Positions 25,396 through 38,769 of a stretch of DNA of 64,000 nt are shown piece by piece. This DNA comes from Mustelus asterias (taxonomy: Eukaryota), in assembly GCF_964213995.1 (NCBI RefSeq), contig NC_135804.1, forward strand, positions 59,334,001 to 59,398,000, given 5' to 3'. A program made the translations under genes and the position numbers. Under the pieces are notes generated by a model. It saw only the letters and a list, made by a program, of their open reading frames with translations. It searched no databases and was not told where the DNA came from. Numbering within the stretch: the first letter of the stretch is position 1; the number at the start of each line of letters is the position of its first letter.

Positions 25396-28300
25396 GAGAA
25401 AACGGAGTGCCATTTTGCTCTGAGTGCTTGGGAGTTAAGGTGAGAGTGGGAGATTAGAAGAATTTGAAGAGAATTAACCTTAAATTTTGTTCGCAATGCT
25501 AACACAAATGTTTGGTATTTTTCCTCGACTGCATATTGCTGGATTTGAAAGTACTTTAGATCTAAAAAAGGTAGAAACAAGGACCCTTAGTGGACTAGCC
25601 AGATGATTAATTTAGGGCAGATATTAAACCAGTTTAGACTGTTCTTTTGCGAACGGGGAGGCAGAGACTATAAAAACTAAATTCCCGATGCCCTAGCACG
25701 GAGTGCCATTTTGCTCTGTGCGCTTGCAAGTTAAGGTGAGTGTGGGAGTTCAGGAAAGTGCAGGAGGGAGTATTGCTGCCTTGTTTCTCTTTACTGTACA
25801 CACGTCAGTGAGGGCAGTTGCAGGCCAAGGCAGGAGGAGTGAACATGGGCGGTGAGTCTTTCTCTCTTATTCCTTTCTGACTTCGGAAGTGAAGGCTGGG
25901 TGGGGAAACAGAAATTGTGGAAAGTAAAAATTCGTGGTACAAACAAATTAAAGCAAAGGGTATGGAGTTATTTGATTTATTTCCTTTTTTAAGACTTCTA
26001 ACGTTTTGAAACTTAAAAGGATTTAGTGATGATGACCGCAGAGCTCGAAGCCGTGGTCTGGTCTTCTTGCTCCATGTGGAAGGCCGGGCAAATTACCAGT
26101 GCCGGGGACCAACGTGTGTGCAGAAGGTGTGTCCAGGTGCAGCTCCTGGAAGCCCGAGCGTCCGAGCTGGAACAGCGGCTGGGGACTCTGTGCATCATCC
26201 ACGAGTCTGAGAGCATTGTGGATAGCACGTTTAGAGATATGTTCACACTACAGCTGAAGGCAGCAGGGGAACGGCTGATCCACGGGCAGACCAAGAGCAA
26301 CAAACGGGTAGTTCAGGAGTCTTCTGGGGTCTCGCTCGCAAATCGGTACTCCATTTTGGAGGCTAATGAGGGCGCTCGTTCCTCCAGGGAGTGTGTACCG
26401 ACCCAAGCTTCTGGCACCACATGCAGCCTGGGGGTGGGGTGGGGAGAAGCAGGGCATTAGTAATAGGGGATTCTATAGTCAGAGTAACAGATAGGCGCTA
26501 CTGTGGCCGTCAACATGACTCCAGGATGGCGTGTTGCCTCCTTGGTGCTCGGGTCTGGGAGGCCACTGAACTGCTGCAAGGCATCCTGAAAGGGAGTGTG
26601 ATAAGACAGAAGTCATGGTGCATGTTCGTGCCAATGACATCGTTCAAAAGTTCGAAAGAAGGATGAGGTCTTGCATCAAGCATTAGGGGCTAGGCAGTGG
26701 AATAAAAGGCACGATCTCTTGTTGAGTGATCTCTGGGTTATTCCCAGTGTCACGTGGTAGCGAACACAGAAATAGGAGAATACCGCAGATGAATGCGTGG
26801 CTTAAGATTTAGTGCAGGAAAGAAGGTTTTAGATTTCTGGATTACTGGGACGAGTTCAGGGAAATGTGAGATGTGTACAAGCGGGATGGTCTACAGCTGA
26901 ACCAGGGCAGGACTCATGTCCTTGCGGGACATTTTGCTTGTGCTGTTGGGAGGAGTTTTAACTAATTTGGCAGGAGCAGGGGACACAGACTATGAGCGGA
27001 ATAGGGTCACCGCATAATACAATAAGACAATCAAGTCAGAGGGAGAACAGCTTTACCAAGTTTCAAGGGAGTAAGGCAAGGCTGGATGGCCTCTACGTTA
27101 ATACCAGGAGTATTGCGGGTAAAGCAAATGAATTAAGGACGAGGATTGACATGTGGAATTGTAATAATAACCATCGCAAAGATACGGTTGGGAGAGGGTC
27201 AGTATTGGCAATTCAACATCCCGGGATATAGAAACTTCAGGCAAGACAGAGGACTGGGAAAGAGAGGAGCAAGCATTGAATTATTAGTTAAGGAGTCAGT
27301 TACTGCAGTAAGGAGAGTTGCTATCTTCGAAGGGGCATTGAATGAAGCTTTGTGGGTAGAACTTAGGAATAGAAAATAAGGCCACATTGCTAGGTGTTTA
27401 TTATAAACCCCAGAGAGTCAGTTGGAATTTGAGGGGCTAATATGTGTACAATTTGCAAAGGCGTGTGAAAATAATAACAGTAGGATAATTATAATAGGTG
27501 ATTTCAACTTTCCCAACATTAACTGGATGAACATAATGTTAAGGATTTGACTGGAGTAGATTTTTTGAAATGCGTGGAGGAGAACTTTAGGCCAATATGT
27601 AAAGCGTCCGACAAGGGAAGGAGCTGTGCTGGGCCTAATTCTGGAGAATGAAGCCGAACAAGTGGTTGAGCTGGTAGTGTGCGTAGTGGTAGCGACCAGA
27701 TCATGGTATGATTTAAGCTTGTTATGGACAAAGGAATATACAACTTCCCAAAAAGGTTTTGGATTGGGCAGAGCGGAGTTTAAGAAATGAGGCAGGATCT
27801 TGCGAAGGCAATCTGCGAACAGCTACAATTGGGGAAATCTGCAGAAGAACAATGGGGTTGTTCAAATAGGAAATAGCCCAGCATGTTCCAAGTAGGGTGA
27901 TGGGAAAGAGTAACAATCCCAGAGAACCATGGATGACCAGATATATTCAAGGCAAGATGCAAAGGAAAAGAAAAGCTTTTAGCAGTTACAAGGAGACCAA
28001 ATCAGCAGAGTCATTAGTGAAGTACAGAACATGCAGGGCAGACTGTAAGAAAGCAATTTGAAATGCTAAAAGGGGACATAAGAGAGCTCTGGCTTGTAAA
28101 AGTAGGGAAAATCCCAACGTATTCTATAAATATATCAATGGGAAGAGGTTAACCAGGGAAAGAGTAGGGTCCATTAGGGAGAAAGGGGACAGTCTGTAGG
28201 TGGAGTGAGACAGTGTTCAACGAATGCTTCACATCTGCCTTCACCAAGAGAATGAGGATGAAGGTATGGAGCTCAGAAGGAGGGAGTGTGAGGTTCTTGA

Positions 28301-28466
28301 GCAAATTGACATGGGGAAGGATAAGGTACTGGAAGTATTGGCAAGCTTAAATGTGGACAAATCGCCAGGTCCAGGTGAATTGTGTCCCAGGCTTCTGTGG
28401 CAGGCAAGAGAGGAGACTGCAGGGTTCTGACCCAATTTTTAATTTCTCTCTGGCCACAGAGGAGGT

Positions 28467-28605
28467 AAACACAGTCAGAGTTTTAACAACACGAGGTTAA
28501 AGTCCAATAGGTTTATTTGGTATCAAATAATCCTGTTGGACTTTAACCTGGTATTGTTAAAACTCTTACTGTGTTTACCCCAGTCCAACGCCGGCATCTC
28601 CACAT
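28467..28605 (+). mobile_element. Penelope-like terminus with partial inversion, inserted in CR1
   Basis: 12-bp target duplication cacagaggaggt at 28455-28466 and 28606-28617. Confidence 0.85.
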
Positions 28606-29519
28606 CACAGAGGAGGTGCCAGAGAACTGGAGAACCTTGAATGTGGTTCTGCTATTTAAGAAGGATTGTAGAGGAAAGCCACGTAAGTACAGACCAGTGA
28701 GTCACAGGTCAATCATAGGGAAATTATTGGAGAAAATTCTGAATGAGAGCATCCATCTCTCATTTAGCGAAGCAAGTTCGATTAAGGATAGTCAGCATGG
28801 CTTTGTCAGAGGGAGGTCATGCCTACCAAAGTTGATCGAATTTTTTGAGGAGCTGACTAAGTTCACCTCCTCAAATGTAGTTTATATGTATTTCAGCAAA
28901 GCCTTTTTCCAGGTCCCACATGGGAGACTTATAAAGAAATTAAATGGAATACAGGATACATTGATAAAATGGATTCAAAATTGGCTCAATTGTAGGAGAC
29001 AGAGCATGATGACACTTGATGATGGCTGCGTTAGTGACTGGAAGCCAGAGTCCAGTGGTGAACTGTGCTGGGTCCCCTATTATTCATCATTTATATCAGC
29101 AGCATAGGTAACTGTGGGAGGTAGGATTAATAAGTTTGTGGATGGCACAAAAAATGGCCGGATACTTAACAGTGAGGTAGAGTGTCTTGGGCTGCAAGGA
29201 GACAGAGATGGGATAATCACATGGGTAGATATGTAGCAAATTGAATTTAACCCTGAAAAATGTGAGGTGATACACTTTGGAAGGAATAATTGGACAAGAA
29301 GTACTCAATGAATGGCATAACACTAGGGAGTTCTGTGAAACTAAGGGACCATGGGGTCTTTGTCCAGAGATCTCTGAAACCGCAAGCACATGTCGGTACA
29401 TTGCTGAAAAAGTAATTGGGACACTTGCATTTATCAATCGAGGCGGAGCTTACAAAAGCAGGGAAGTCATGTTGGAGTTGTATATAACTTTAGTGAGGCC
29501 ATAGCAAGAGTGCTGTGTG

Positions 29520-30356
29520 GTGAAGAAGGCATTCAGCATGCTTGGTTTCATCGGTCAGAACATTGAATACAGGAGTTGGGACGTCTTGTTGAAGTTATAC
29601 AAGACATCGGTAAGGCCACACTTGGAATACTGTGTGCAATTCTGGTCATAGAAAGGATATTATTAAACTAGAAAGAGTGCAGAAAAGATTTACTAGGATG
29701 CTATCATTTTCTATTTTTTGGGGCGTTTAAGAGATCCGTAGATAGGTTCATGGACGAAAAGAAATTGGTTTAGGTTGGAGGGTCACAGTTTTTTTTTTTT
29801 TTAACTGGTCGGTGCAACATCGTGGGCCGAAGGGCCTGTTCTGCGCTGTAATGTTCTATGTTCTATGTTCTATGTTCTATCGGGACTTGATGGATTGAGT
29901 TATAAGGAGAGGCTGAATAGACTGGGACTTTTTTCTCTGGAGCGTAGGAGGCTGAGGGGTGACCTTATAGAGGTCTATAAAATAATGAGGGGCATAGACA
30001 AGGTAGATAGTCAATATACCTTCCCAAAGGTAGGGGAGTCTAAAACTAGAGGGCCTAGGTTTAAGGTGAGAGGGGAGAGATACAAAAGTGTCCAGAGGGG
30101 CAAAGTTTTCACACATAGGGTGGTGAGTGTCTGGAATAAGCTGCCAGAGGTAGTAGTGGAGGCAGGTACAATTTTATCCTTTAAAAAGCATTTAGATAGT
30201 TACATGGGTACGATGGGTATAGAGGGATGTGGGCCAAATGCGGGCAATTGGGATTAGCTTAGGGGTTTCAAAAAAAAAGGGCAGCATGGACAAGTTGGGC
30301 CGAAGGGCCTGTTTCCATGCTGTAAACCTCTATGACTCTATGACTATGACTCTATG
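29520..30356 (+). mobile_element. CR1 3' fragment nested in CR1, itself containing a further CR1 3' tail at 29706-29876
   Basis: Interrupts the host xCVxFW motif; gactctat-repeat tail; inner piece has ctatc duplication and gttctat-repeat tail. Confidence 0.85.
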
Positions 30357-31166
30357 AATTCTGGTCGCCACATTCTTGGAAGGCTGTAGTTGCTTTGGAG
30401 TGGGTGCAAAGGAGATTCACCAGGGTGCTACCTGGGATGGAACTTTTAAGTTATGAAGAAAGGTTGGATAGACGTGGATTGTTTTTGTTGGAGCAGAGAA
30501 GACTGGACGGGGGAGAGGGGTGCACCTGATCGAGGTGTGTACGATTATGAGGGGCATAGTCAGAGTGGATAAGGAGCAGCTCTTCCCCTTAGTTGAAGGG
30601 TTAGTTATGAGGGAGCACAAATTCAAGGCGAGGGACAGGAGGTTTATGGGGGACGTGAGGAAAATCCTTTTACCCAGAGTGCGGTGACGGTTTGGAATGC
30701 ACTGCCTGGTAGCGTGGCAGAGGCGGGTTGCCTCATAAAATGGCCTGGATGAGCACTTGGAACGCCATGACATTCAAGGCTACGGGTCAAGTGCTGATAA
30801 ATGGGATTAGATGGGAAGTCAGGTATTTCGCACGTGTTGTTGCAGACTCGATGGACCGAAGGGCATCTTCTACGCTGTATGATTCGATGTTATCGCGTCA
30901 AGGGGGTGGGTAAAAACGCAAGCTGATGTTGTAAATCATCCTTTTTGAAACTCAGTTTTTTTTAACCCTCATTTTTAGTTGATCGTGCTGCAGGTGATTC
31001 CAAAAGCTGCCGGACGGTCACAAACGAAACGTATTTTTGAACAAGCGTAAAACAGGATGTCAAACGTCATTGCGATGGTTTTCAGATCAAATGTTCAGCA
31101 GACAATTCACACAGTGATAAACACACGGTCACTGCAGTCAGACATCAACTGAACCTTTATCACAGA

Positions 31167-31227
31167 ATGTTGTCCAATCTGATTCTTCTGTTAACGTCCC
31201 TGTCTCTCCTGAAGATCATTTCAACAG
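31167..31227 (+). CDS. Gene B exon 1, leader MLSNLILLLTSLSLLKIIST
   Basis: ATG, Leu-rich core and phase-1 donor ACAG|gtattg. Confidence 0.85.
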
Positions 31228-31420
31228 GTATTGGGATATTATCTACCCCAACTGTCTTATTAAAGAAATAAATATTTCATTGTTCCCAAGTCGATAGAAT
31301 TAAAGGCAGTTCGTCCTTCAAAACCTCTTCTGCATTTCCATGCAGAAACATGTTCTAAGATCTCTCCTTTCGCATTGAATACAGTTAATTAATACAAACT
31401 TTAAATATACTTTCTAACAG

Positions 31421-31741
31421 GTGCTCCAGGAACTTCGATCAGAGTGTCTCAAAGTCCTAAACAGGTAACTATATTGAGGGGGACAAACATCACCTTCTAC
31501 TGCATAATCCCCCTTTCTCATGACAATGTGGATGTCGAGGTGCTTTGGTGGAAACAGGGTGAGAATAAATATATGACAAAAGGAACCGATGACAGAAAAC
31601 GATTCGATTTCAAAATTAAAGGAGGTGGTTTATTTGAGCTGCGAAACGCGACTCTCCAGGACTCAGGAATCTATCACTGCGCAGTGATCCGTCAGGGAAA
31701 AAATAGTGGAAATGGAACAGGATCAAATTTAATTGTCTGCG
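31421..31741 (+). CDS. Gene B exon 2, Ig V-set domain with J-like G strand
   Basis: ctaacag| ... G|gtaagt; 321 nt; NITFYC, VLWWKQ, DSGIYHC, GNGTGSNLIVC. Confidence 0.93.
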
Positions 31742-32346
31742 GTAAGTGACTGAAATGGCCGGGAATATCAAGCACGCTGTTTTGCCATTGTTTTATTGTG
31801 CTGCCTTTGATATTGTAAAGCTCTGTGCACAACTGCCAATTACGCAGCGGAATGTGACATTTTATTTGCTGTGTTATTCCAAACTGCTGGAAATACTCAG
31901 CAATTCAGGGCATGTCTGCGAAGAGAGAGGCAAAGTTAAAGTCTCAGGTCCATCAACTTTTTGAGTAAAGTGTTACCTGATTCACCTCAAAATATAATTT
32001 TTAGATCAGATTTCTTAGTCCGAGGCTGGCCCACGTAGTCTCGATTCCCCAGCCAGAGGAAACAACCTCGCCGAATCTATCCTGTCAAGCACATTTACAA
32101 TCTTGAATGTTCCAATGACATCACTTCATTCTAACTTTTTCATTCTTCGCCTGTATGAGCTTCCATAAATCTATATAACCTTGCTTTTATTACCGGTGTC
32201 GGACAGATTGTTTTTCTCTTGCGGACGCTGTTGACTGATCTATTCTTACTAACATAAAGGGAAGCGAATGAGGATATAATTCGTCTCTCATTCCTTACTC
32301 TGAACATTTCTCCACCAACCTGACTTTCCCCATGTTCTGTTCGCAG

Positions 32347-32658
32347 CTACACCAACTCCGTTAAAGATTTTCGCTAAGCATCCCGCAAGGAATTCAACTA
32401 CGTTCCTGACTCTTGTGTGTCAGACGGCTGGATTTTACCCGGGTGATTTGACCCTCCTTTGGTATAAAAATGGCGTCAACATCACAACGGTGGGAAATCC
32501 GATCAAACGGCAGAACGCAGAAGGACTGTATGAAGTTTCCAGCTCTTTTGAAGAGCCGCACTTTGTGCGGAACGAAGCTGTTTACATCTGTTTGGTAACT
32601 CACATCTCCCTCCGGACTCCTGCCATTGCCATTCACACTGTTACCAACTCCTGCTCAG
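32347..32658 (+). CDS. Gene B exon 3, Ig C1-set domain
   Basis: tcgcag| ... CAG|gtatgt; 312 nt; LVCQTAGFYPGDLTLLWYKNG ... YICLVTH; ends NSCS with an extra Cys. Confidence 0.93.
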
Positions 32659-33965
32659 GTATGTGGCCAACAGGCCAAGAAACAATCTCCAAATTCAGTA
32701 AGGGGCATTTCTTGGAGTTTATTGGCACTGGCAATTTTAAAATAATATCCCGAAATATCCAACCTAAGGAAATCTTATGTTTTCAGTCAAGATATATTGA
32801 AACAAACATCTTGTCAAACCTAAGTAATTGTACTGACTTCCGACTGAATGGTGTATCACAGCAGGTTCTTAATTGTTTGAAAATGAAAAAAGGACAAGTG
32901 GGTTTTCTCTCCCATCCAATTATTTTACACTATGTACCTATTATTAGACATTGAGTTACCTCTTATTTTATTTTCCCAGTATCAGTTTTCCTCACACGAT
33001 TTTACAGAAAATGAAGCGTCAGTTTGTTTTATTGGCCTCATGTGAAAGTGTCAGAAGCCAGCCGTTTAGATAACTCCTATTGGGCTTGTTTCTGTCGAAA
33101 GCTAATTTCGACCCGTAACGTTAACTCTGTTTCTCTCCACAGATGCTGCCAGACCTACAGCAGTTTCTGTTTTTATTTTTCTTTATGCAGCGTTTTGGAA
33201 CGGGGAGGCATTTCATAAAATGCATTTCGACTTTAACTGTGATTTGCTTCCATTAAATGTAACTGAAACTCGTCTGATTAATGATCGCTATTTCCGTTTA
33301 ATTAATAAATAACCGAAATTTAATTTGAGGGTGAAAGGTAAGCATTACTTTGACAGCGATCTCCTTTCCGATGTAGTGACCGTCTGCAGTTAATAAACTG
33401 CAGACAATTGAGCATTTATTTTGTTGAATTGAAACAAAAACTACTCCTTTCAGCCTTGGCAAGTCCAAGTCTCACTAATTTGCCGCGAATTAATCAAATA
33501 AGAGTGAAAGAGGCAAAGAAAATTGAAGTTGCAGAAAACGTCCTTCTGTCAAACGGAATGTTAACCCTCTCACGCCAATGTTTAGAACATCCGAAACTGG
33601 TAATCTCCCTGGCAGATACTTATGGCCTTGTGCCATCCTTTGTGAAAGTAAGTTACTTTTACTTGCAGCTTATGGTGGTAAATGTCATGGCCCCTGGAGT
33701 TCTGGAGTTAAGTCTTTAATAGGAATACTATATGTAAAATTATTGGGAGACAAAGATGATCCCGGATGGCTGCTCGTTTGTAGTTTTTCCACATCAGATC
33801 TAGAAAAATGACTTGAGGTTATTTTTAAACGTCCTTCTCCTAGGGCTGCCGTACAAAGCTGCTGTAAATATGAGCAGTAGTTTACCCAATCGATTATGGT
33901 GGGAGCCAAGGATAGGTAATGCAGAAACAAATTAAAACACAGAACCAACCATTTTTTTCTTGCAG

Positions 33966-34076
33966 ATTCTGATGGTGGATATCATTACCTCTGGATTTCT
34001 AGGTGTGTCATGGGTGGATTGGTGTTTCTGATGCTTATAATCATCACTGGGGCGAAATTGATTTCGAAGAATAAAG
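33966..34076 (+). CDS. Gene B exon 4, transmembrane DSDGGYHYLWISRCVMGGLVFLMLIIITGAKLISKNK
   Basis: tttcttgcag| ... AAG|gtaacc; 111 nt, phase 1-1; hydrophobic helix with Arg near its N-terminal end and basic residues after it. Confidence 0.88.
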
Positions 34077-34149
34077 GTAACCCACAATTTTCATTTTGAG
34101 ATAAATCTTCAGGGCGATGGTAAGGGCGCCCTCACGGAATCCCACGTGT

Positions 34150-34600
34150 CTTTGGAATGCAGAAGGAGGCCTTTCGGCCCACCCAGATTTCATTGATTCG
34201 CTGAAAGTGCATTCTACCAAACCCCACTCCCTCCGTTTTCTCCGTAATTTTGCACGTTATTTCTTTTGAGATATCAATCTAATTCCCCTTCGAATACATC
34301 GATCGAACCTGCCTCCACCATCCTTTAAGGAAATTCGTTCCAGATTCCAACCACCCTTTGGGTGTACAAAATCCTCACGTAATTTCTATTACTTTGTCTA
34401 TTATTTTGAAACTGTGCTCTGTAGTTCTTGATGTACATCTGAGGGAGAAGAGTTTCTCACTGATTGCCCTGTCCATAACCCCCCAGGACGTGGGGGGTAT
34501 AAACTTTCCTCTCAGCCATCTATTTTCCAAGGAAAACAGACCCAATTTAAACAATCTATGCTCATATCTTGTTTTCTTAGAACAATTCTTGTGAATTTCC
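34150..34600 (-). mobile_element. Old CR1 3' fragment in a gene B intron
   Basis: gttccagattccaaccaccctttgggtg and cctctcagccatctattttccaagg are reverse CR1 3' motifs. Confidence 0.6.
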
Positions 34601-36024
34601 TGAGCAGCTCCACACGATAGCTATTCAATTAATATTTAATTGAATTAATAATAATTGAAGCAAAAAAAAAGAAATCTTTTGCTCAAACTCCAGCTGAATT
34701 GAGAATGTTATAGTGAAAGAATTGCCACAAATTGTAAAGAATCATATGGTTTGGACAACACCAATGACGTTTTTAAGTAAAATGCTGTCAACGTTCTTTC
34801 CAGTCGCTGTACGCGAATGTTGATGAATTCATCGATTCGGATTTCCAACAAAGCCCGGAAAATTTAATACCTCAAAATCACTGCTGATAGTAATCCTACT
34901 TGATCCGCCTCGAAATGTGGATTGTTCACTTCAATGTAGAATGCAATTCTTTGTTATGGCATCTGAAGACACTTCACACACTGGTCTACCTAAAAATTTA
35001 TTCCACATATATTTCTCTGTGGAAAGAAAACGATCTCCAGGTATTATTGTAAAATGATAATTTTTATTTTGTTTTACCAATGATCTTTGTACTGGCACTC
35101 ACAGTTACACATGTCATACTATATTTGTAGGGAAATGTCGTGCTTATATTACTGCAGCAATCGTTCAAAGATGTGGAGTCGTAATGCCGAGCAAATGGGG
35201 TAAAACTTGGAATGGGATTGTGAGAGTTTAAATTCAGTTAAAATATATATATACAACATTTGATCAGTAAAAGATTTGTCATTTGAGTGATTAGCTCAAA
35301 TCAGTAACAATACTGGACCGTGAGCTGGTAAATTCTTATAATTTATCCAAGAAGAGTATTTAGATTTATATAAATGTTGTGGAAATGGAAATTGTTTACT
35401 ACGACTTATTTCATAAAAGGTCTCTATCTCTCTTTCATGTCCATTAAAATATTGTTTTGATAAGCATTTGGTACTTCTTGAGATGGAGGTGCAGGTGGTT
35501 AAAGAAATACTGAAAATTACATTTGGTAGTTTCATCAACACACAGCTCTGTTCTAATTACATACAATTATCGGAGCGTTGCTTTTGCGAGTTGGCATTGC
35601 ATGTCTCAGATGTTGAAACTGCCTCGAATTGTGCTCTATCTGTAACACTGTAGTGTAGTGAAAATCGACAGAACGAAATGTCAGTTACAATAGGCGCCCG
35701 AATTTCCGGACTTAACATTGACACACCAATGTGTATATTGACCGTGGTTGATGCAATTTTTAGGTGATGAAGCATAACACACTTGTGAGAGTATTGAGAA
35801 GATTAACACGTTGTAGCGACGCGCCGCTTGTGTTTTTGCTATATTAACAATTGTTGCGAAATATGTACCGCATGGGCGGGTTTATAAAACTAAATAAAGA
35901 AAATGCTCATTCGCTCATCTCGCTCCGGTAATGCTTTTTTAAATTTAGACGTTAATGATTACAACATTAAAATGTACCTCGTGTTACCTCTCAATATAAT
36001 GCTAGCGATTCTGCTTACTTGCAG

Positions 36025-36074
36025 AAACAGACAATGTTCGGATTAATCGGACATTCTACACCATGTTTACCATT
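36025..36074 (+). CDS. Gene B putative cytoplasmic exon (end and frame uncertain)
   Basis: Acceptor ttgcag|aaacag and the downstream tttaccattgtaaactt are conserved with gene C 53794-53843 while flanks are more diverged. Confidence 0.35.
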
Positions 36075-37974
36075 GTAAACTTTTCTAACTCACGAACAAA
36101 TGGAAGCTTCAGCCGGCTCGCTTTAAGACCCATGCATTTTCCTAATCTTTTAATTTCTAATATTATGCTACATGTAGGAGTATGTTCTTAAACACATTTT
36201 TAGGTTGTGTGTTTATTTCTCGATACATATCTGTTAGCACACATCTGCTAAACTCGTGACACTTGCCTTTGTGTAACGCACTGAAATGTAATGATGATCA
36301 AATTATAGTTAAGTAGGACTGCAGGTAACTGGGAGCGCAACCGCCTGAAAGTTCTTTTTCATGTCACTCATCATCCTGATTTGGAAACACATCGCCGTTT
36401 ATTCATCGTCGCTGGGTCAACATCCTGGAACTACCTCCATAACAGCTCTGTGGGCATGCTGGGGCTGCAGTGGTTTCCTATGACAGCTCACTGTCACCTT
36501 CTCAGGAGTTGCTAGCGATGGGCAGTAAATGCTGGCCGAGAAAGAGACACCCAAAGCTAAAATCAGATGAATTTTGAAGTCTGCAATCAATATATAGAAT
36601 CCCTATAGTGCAGAAGGTGGGCAAACGGCCCATCAAGTCTGCTTCGACTCTCTGACAGGGCATCCCACAGACAGTCACCCAAGGTCAGAATCGAACCTGG
36701 TCTCCGGGCATTGTGTCAACCACTGTGCCAGCGTTCCGCCTTTTCTCAAATGACAAAAAAATGTTGGAATTGTGCAAATTTTATTCAATCGCCTTTCGAT
36801 TACAACAAATTTTGCGAATGCCAACTAATGTTGCCCAAGCACTGTATTGTGTGGAAAAATACCTGATGGGATGTGTTGTTGTTCAGCTTCATCCGCAGCG
36901 TCACCCTTGCATATGTTCGAAGGTAATTGTGATGTCACATTCGGGGAAGTTCCCTGAATATATTCATGCTCAAGAATCCCTTTAAGCAACAGTTTAACAT
37001 GTATAAATAACGATTCAAAGCGGCTGTCAATGTATCCATAATTCCCTGTTTCACACTCAGGTGTCTTGTATGGTTTGGAAGATTGCCCTTTTCTTTTAAG
37101 AACGCTCTAAAATTTGCTGCGGTCGTGACAATGGAAAAGTTCGTGCTCGCAAAGAGAAGCGAATACTGCTCAACAGAGACGCATGAGAACGTGCCCGCAG
37201 AGTGGAGTGAAAAAATACACAGACGGCAAATGCGATGACAGTATGCACGCCCAGTGAAAAGATATTTGTCCCAGAGAATTAAAATACGTACCCTATGAGA
37301 AAGACGAACATATCAAAGATAATCGATAGCCGTTTTGGAAAACAAAAATATGGCAACATTCATTCTTTCATTCTGTCTTAATTCATCGCGTACTCGCTGA
37401 ATTTCCCACTGATCACTATCAGAAGCTGTTTACTTCATGATTTTGCCGTCAAAGCGAGCTATGCATTTCAGACCGCAGATGTAAACTTGCCAGGGAATGG
37501 ACTGGGTTCTGTTTATCCAGTCCATCATTATTAGACCTAAATATCAGCACATCGGCTGTATAGATGGCGTCATCCAAACTAACCGAGGTGAACTAAATTT
37601 TAGAGACTCCATTGACTGCTTTAATGCATATGGATAAAATGACATGGACAGAACGCATAATTTTCAAACAATAGGAGCAACGCAGCATAGAGAGTGCAGC
37701 CTATCTAACTGTAAGGCGATGGCCTACGCAGCTGAGATGCAGAGAAGCTTCAACCAGCAGGGCTTTTTGTCATGCCTGTCGACTAAGCCAGAAACCAAAA
37801 CAGCATATGTATCAACTTGTAGCCACTAGTTGTACATACGCAATATCCTATACTGCTGTCAAGTAAACCTGCATCCTGGTGAAAATGGTTCTACGTGTTG
37901 CAAATAAAAGTTGTATTCAGCTTTATTTACAAATATGCAGGATAAGCCGCGCATCATAGAAATACGCTGATAGG

Positions 37975-38605
37975 ATCATAGAATTTCTACAGTGCAGAAG
38001 GCGATTCGGCCCATCGACTCTGTACAGACTCAGCATTTTTCCAAGGTCACCGCCACCCCACCACCCCCCCCCCCCCAACCCCTGCCCTATCCCCATGACC
38101 CCACGCATTTATCACAGCCAATCCACCTAACGCACACATCTTGAGACAATGAGGAGCAATACATTCGGGCCAATCCATCTAATCAGCTCATCACTGGACT
38201 GGGCGACAAATTGGCACAGTGGTTAACACTGCTGTCGCACAGCGCCAGGGATCAGGGTTCGATTCCAGGCTTGGTGTCACAGTTTGTACGTTCTCCCCGT
38301 GGGTTTCCTCTGGGTGCTCTGGTTTCCTTCCACAATCGGAAAGATGTGCTGGTTAGGCATGGCCAATGCTTAATTCTTCGAACAGGCGTCAAAGTGTGGC
38401 GACCCCAGGATTTTCACAGTAATTTCATTGCAGCGTCAATGTAAGCCGACTGTGACTAATAAATAAACTTTACTTTTTAAACTTGTGGGAGGAAAGTGGT
38501 GCGCCCAGAAGAATCCCACACAGACACGGGGGAACGTACAAACTCCATACATACAGTCACCCAGGTCCGGAAATGAAACAGGCCCCTGGCGCTGCGAGAC
38601 AGCAG
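37975..38605. mobile_element. Cluster of three HE1-type SINE pieces (minus 37975-38198, plus 38203-38475, minus 38483-38605)
   Basis: ggcacagtggttaacactgctgtcgcacagcgccaggga head and V-core in both orientations. Confidence 0.8.
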
Positions 38606-38769
38606 AAACATAACTAGAAACTAGAAGCAGGAGCAGGCTTTCGACCCTTGAGCCTGCTTTGCCATTCATGATGATCATCAAATTCAATATCCTGATCCCA
38701 ACATTCCCCTATATTCCTTGATCTCTTTAGCCCCAAGGGCTATATCTAATTTATTCCTGAAATTACATC

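Larger units (their letters stand above)
25400..30892 (+). mobile_element. Near full-length degenerate CR1 LINE immediately upstream of gene B
   Basis: Repeated 5' UTR unit acggagtgccattttgctctg (~25402, ~25698); ORF1 zinc-finger remnant (SCSMW..CRRC) and esterase (LVIGDSIV); APE and RT; 3' tail ~30880. Confidence 0.9.
27323..32690 (+). repeat. Segmental duplication copy 1 (CR1 plus promoter, leader, V and C1 of gene B)
   Basis: Colinear with 45329-49820, including introns and the CR1 3' junction. Confidence 0.9.

Noticed and set aside
31110-31150. Perfect RSS heptamer CACAGTG upstream of the gene B leader (and the gene C leader)
   Set aside because: No ACAAAAACC-like nonamer at a 12 or 23 spacer, and it does not flank a V or J segment
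35131-35199. Candidate small cytoplasmic exon of gene B (tttgtag|ggaaat...)
   Set aside because: No clear similarity to gene C 52226-52269 or gene D 63965 onward; the donor is ambiguous
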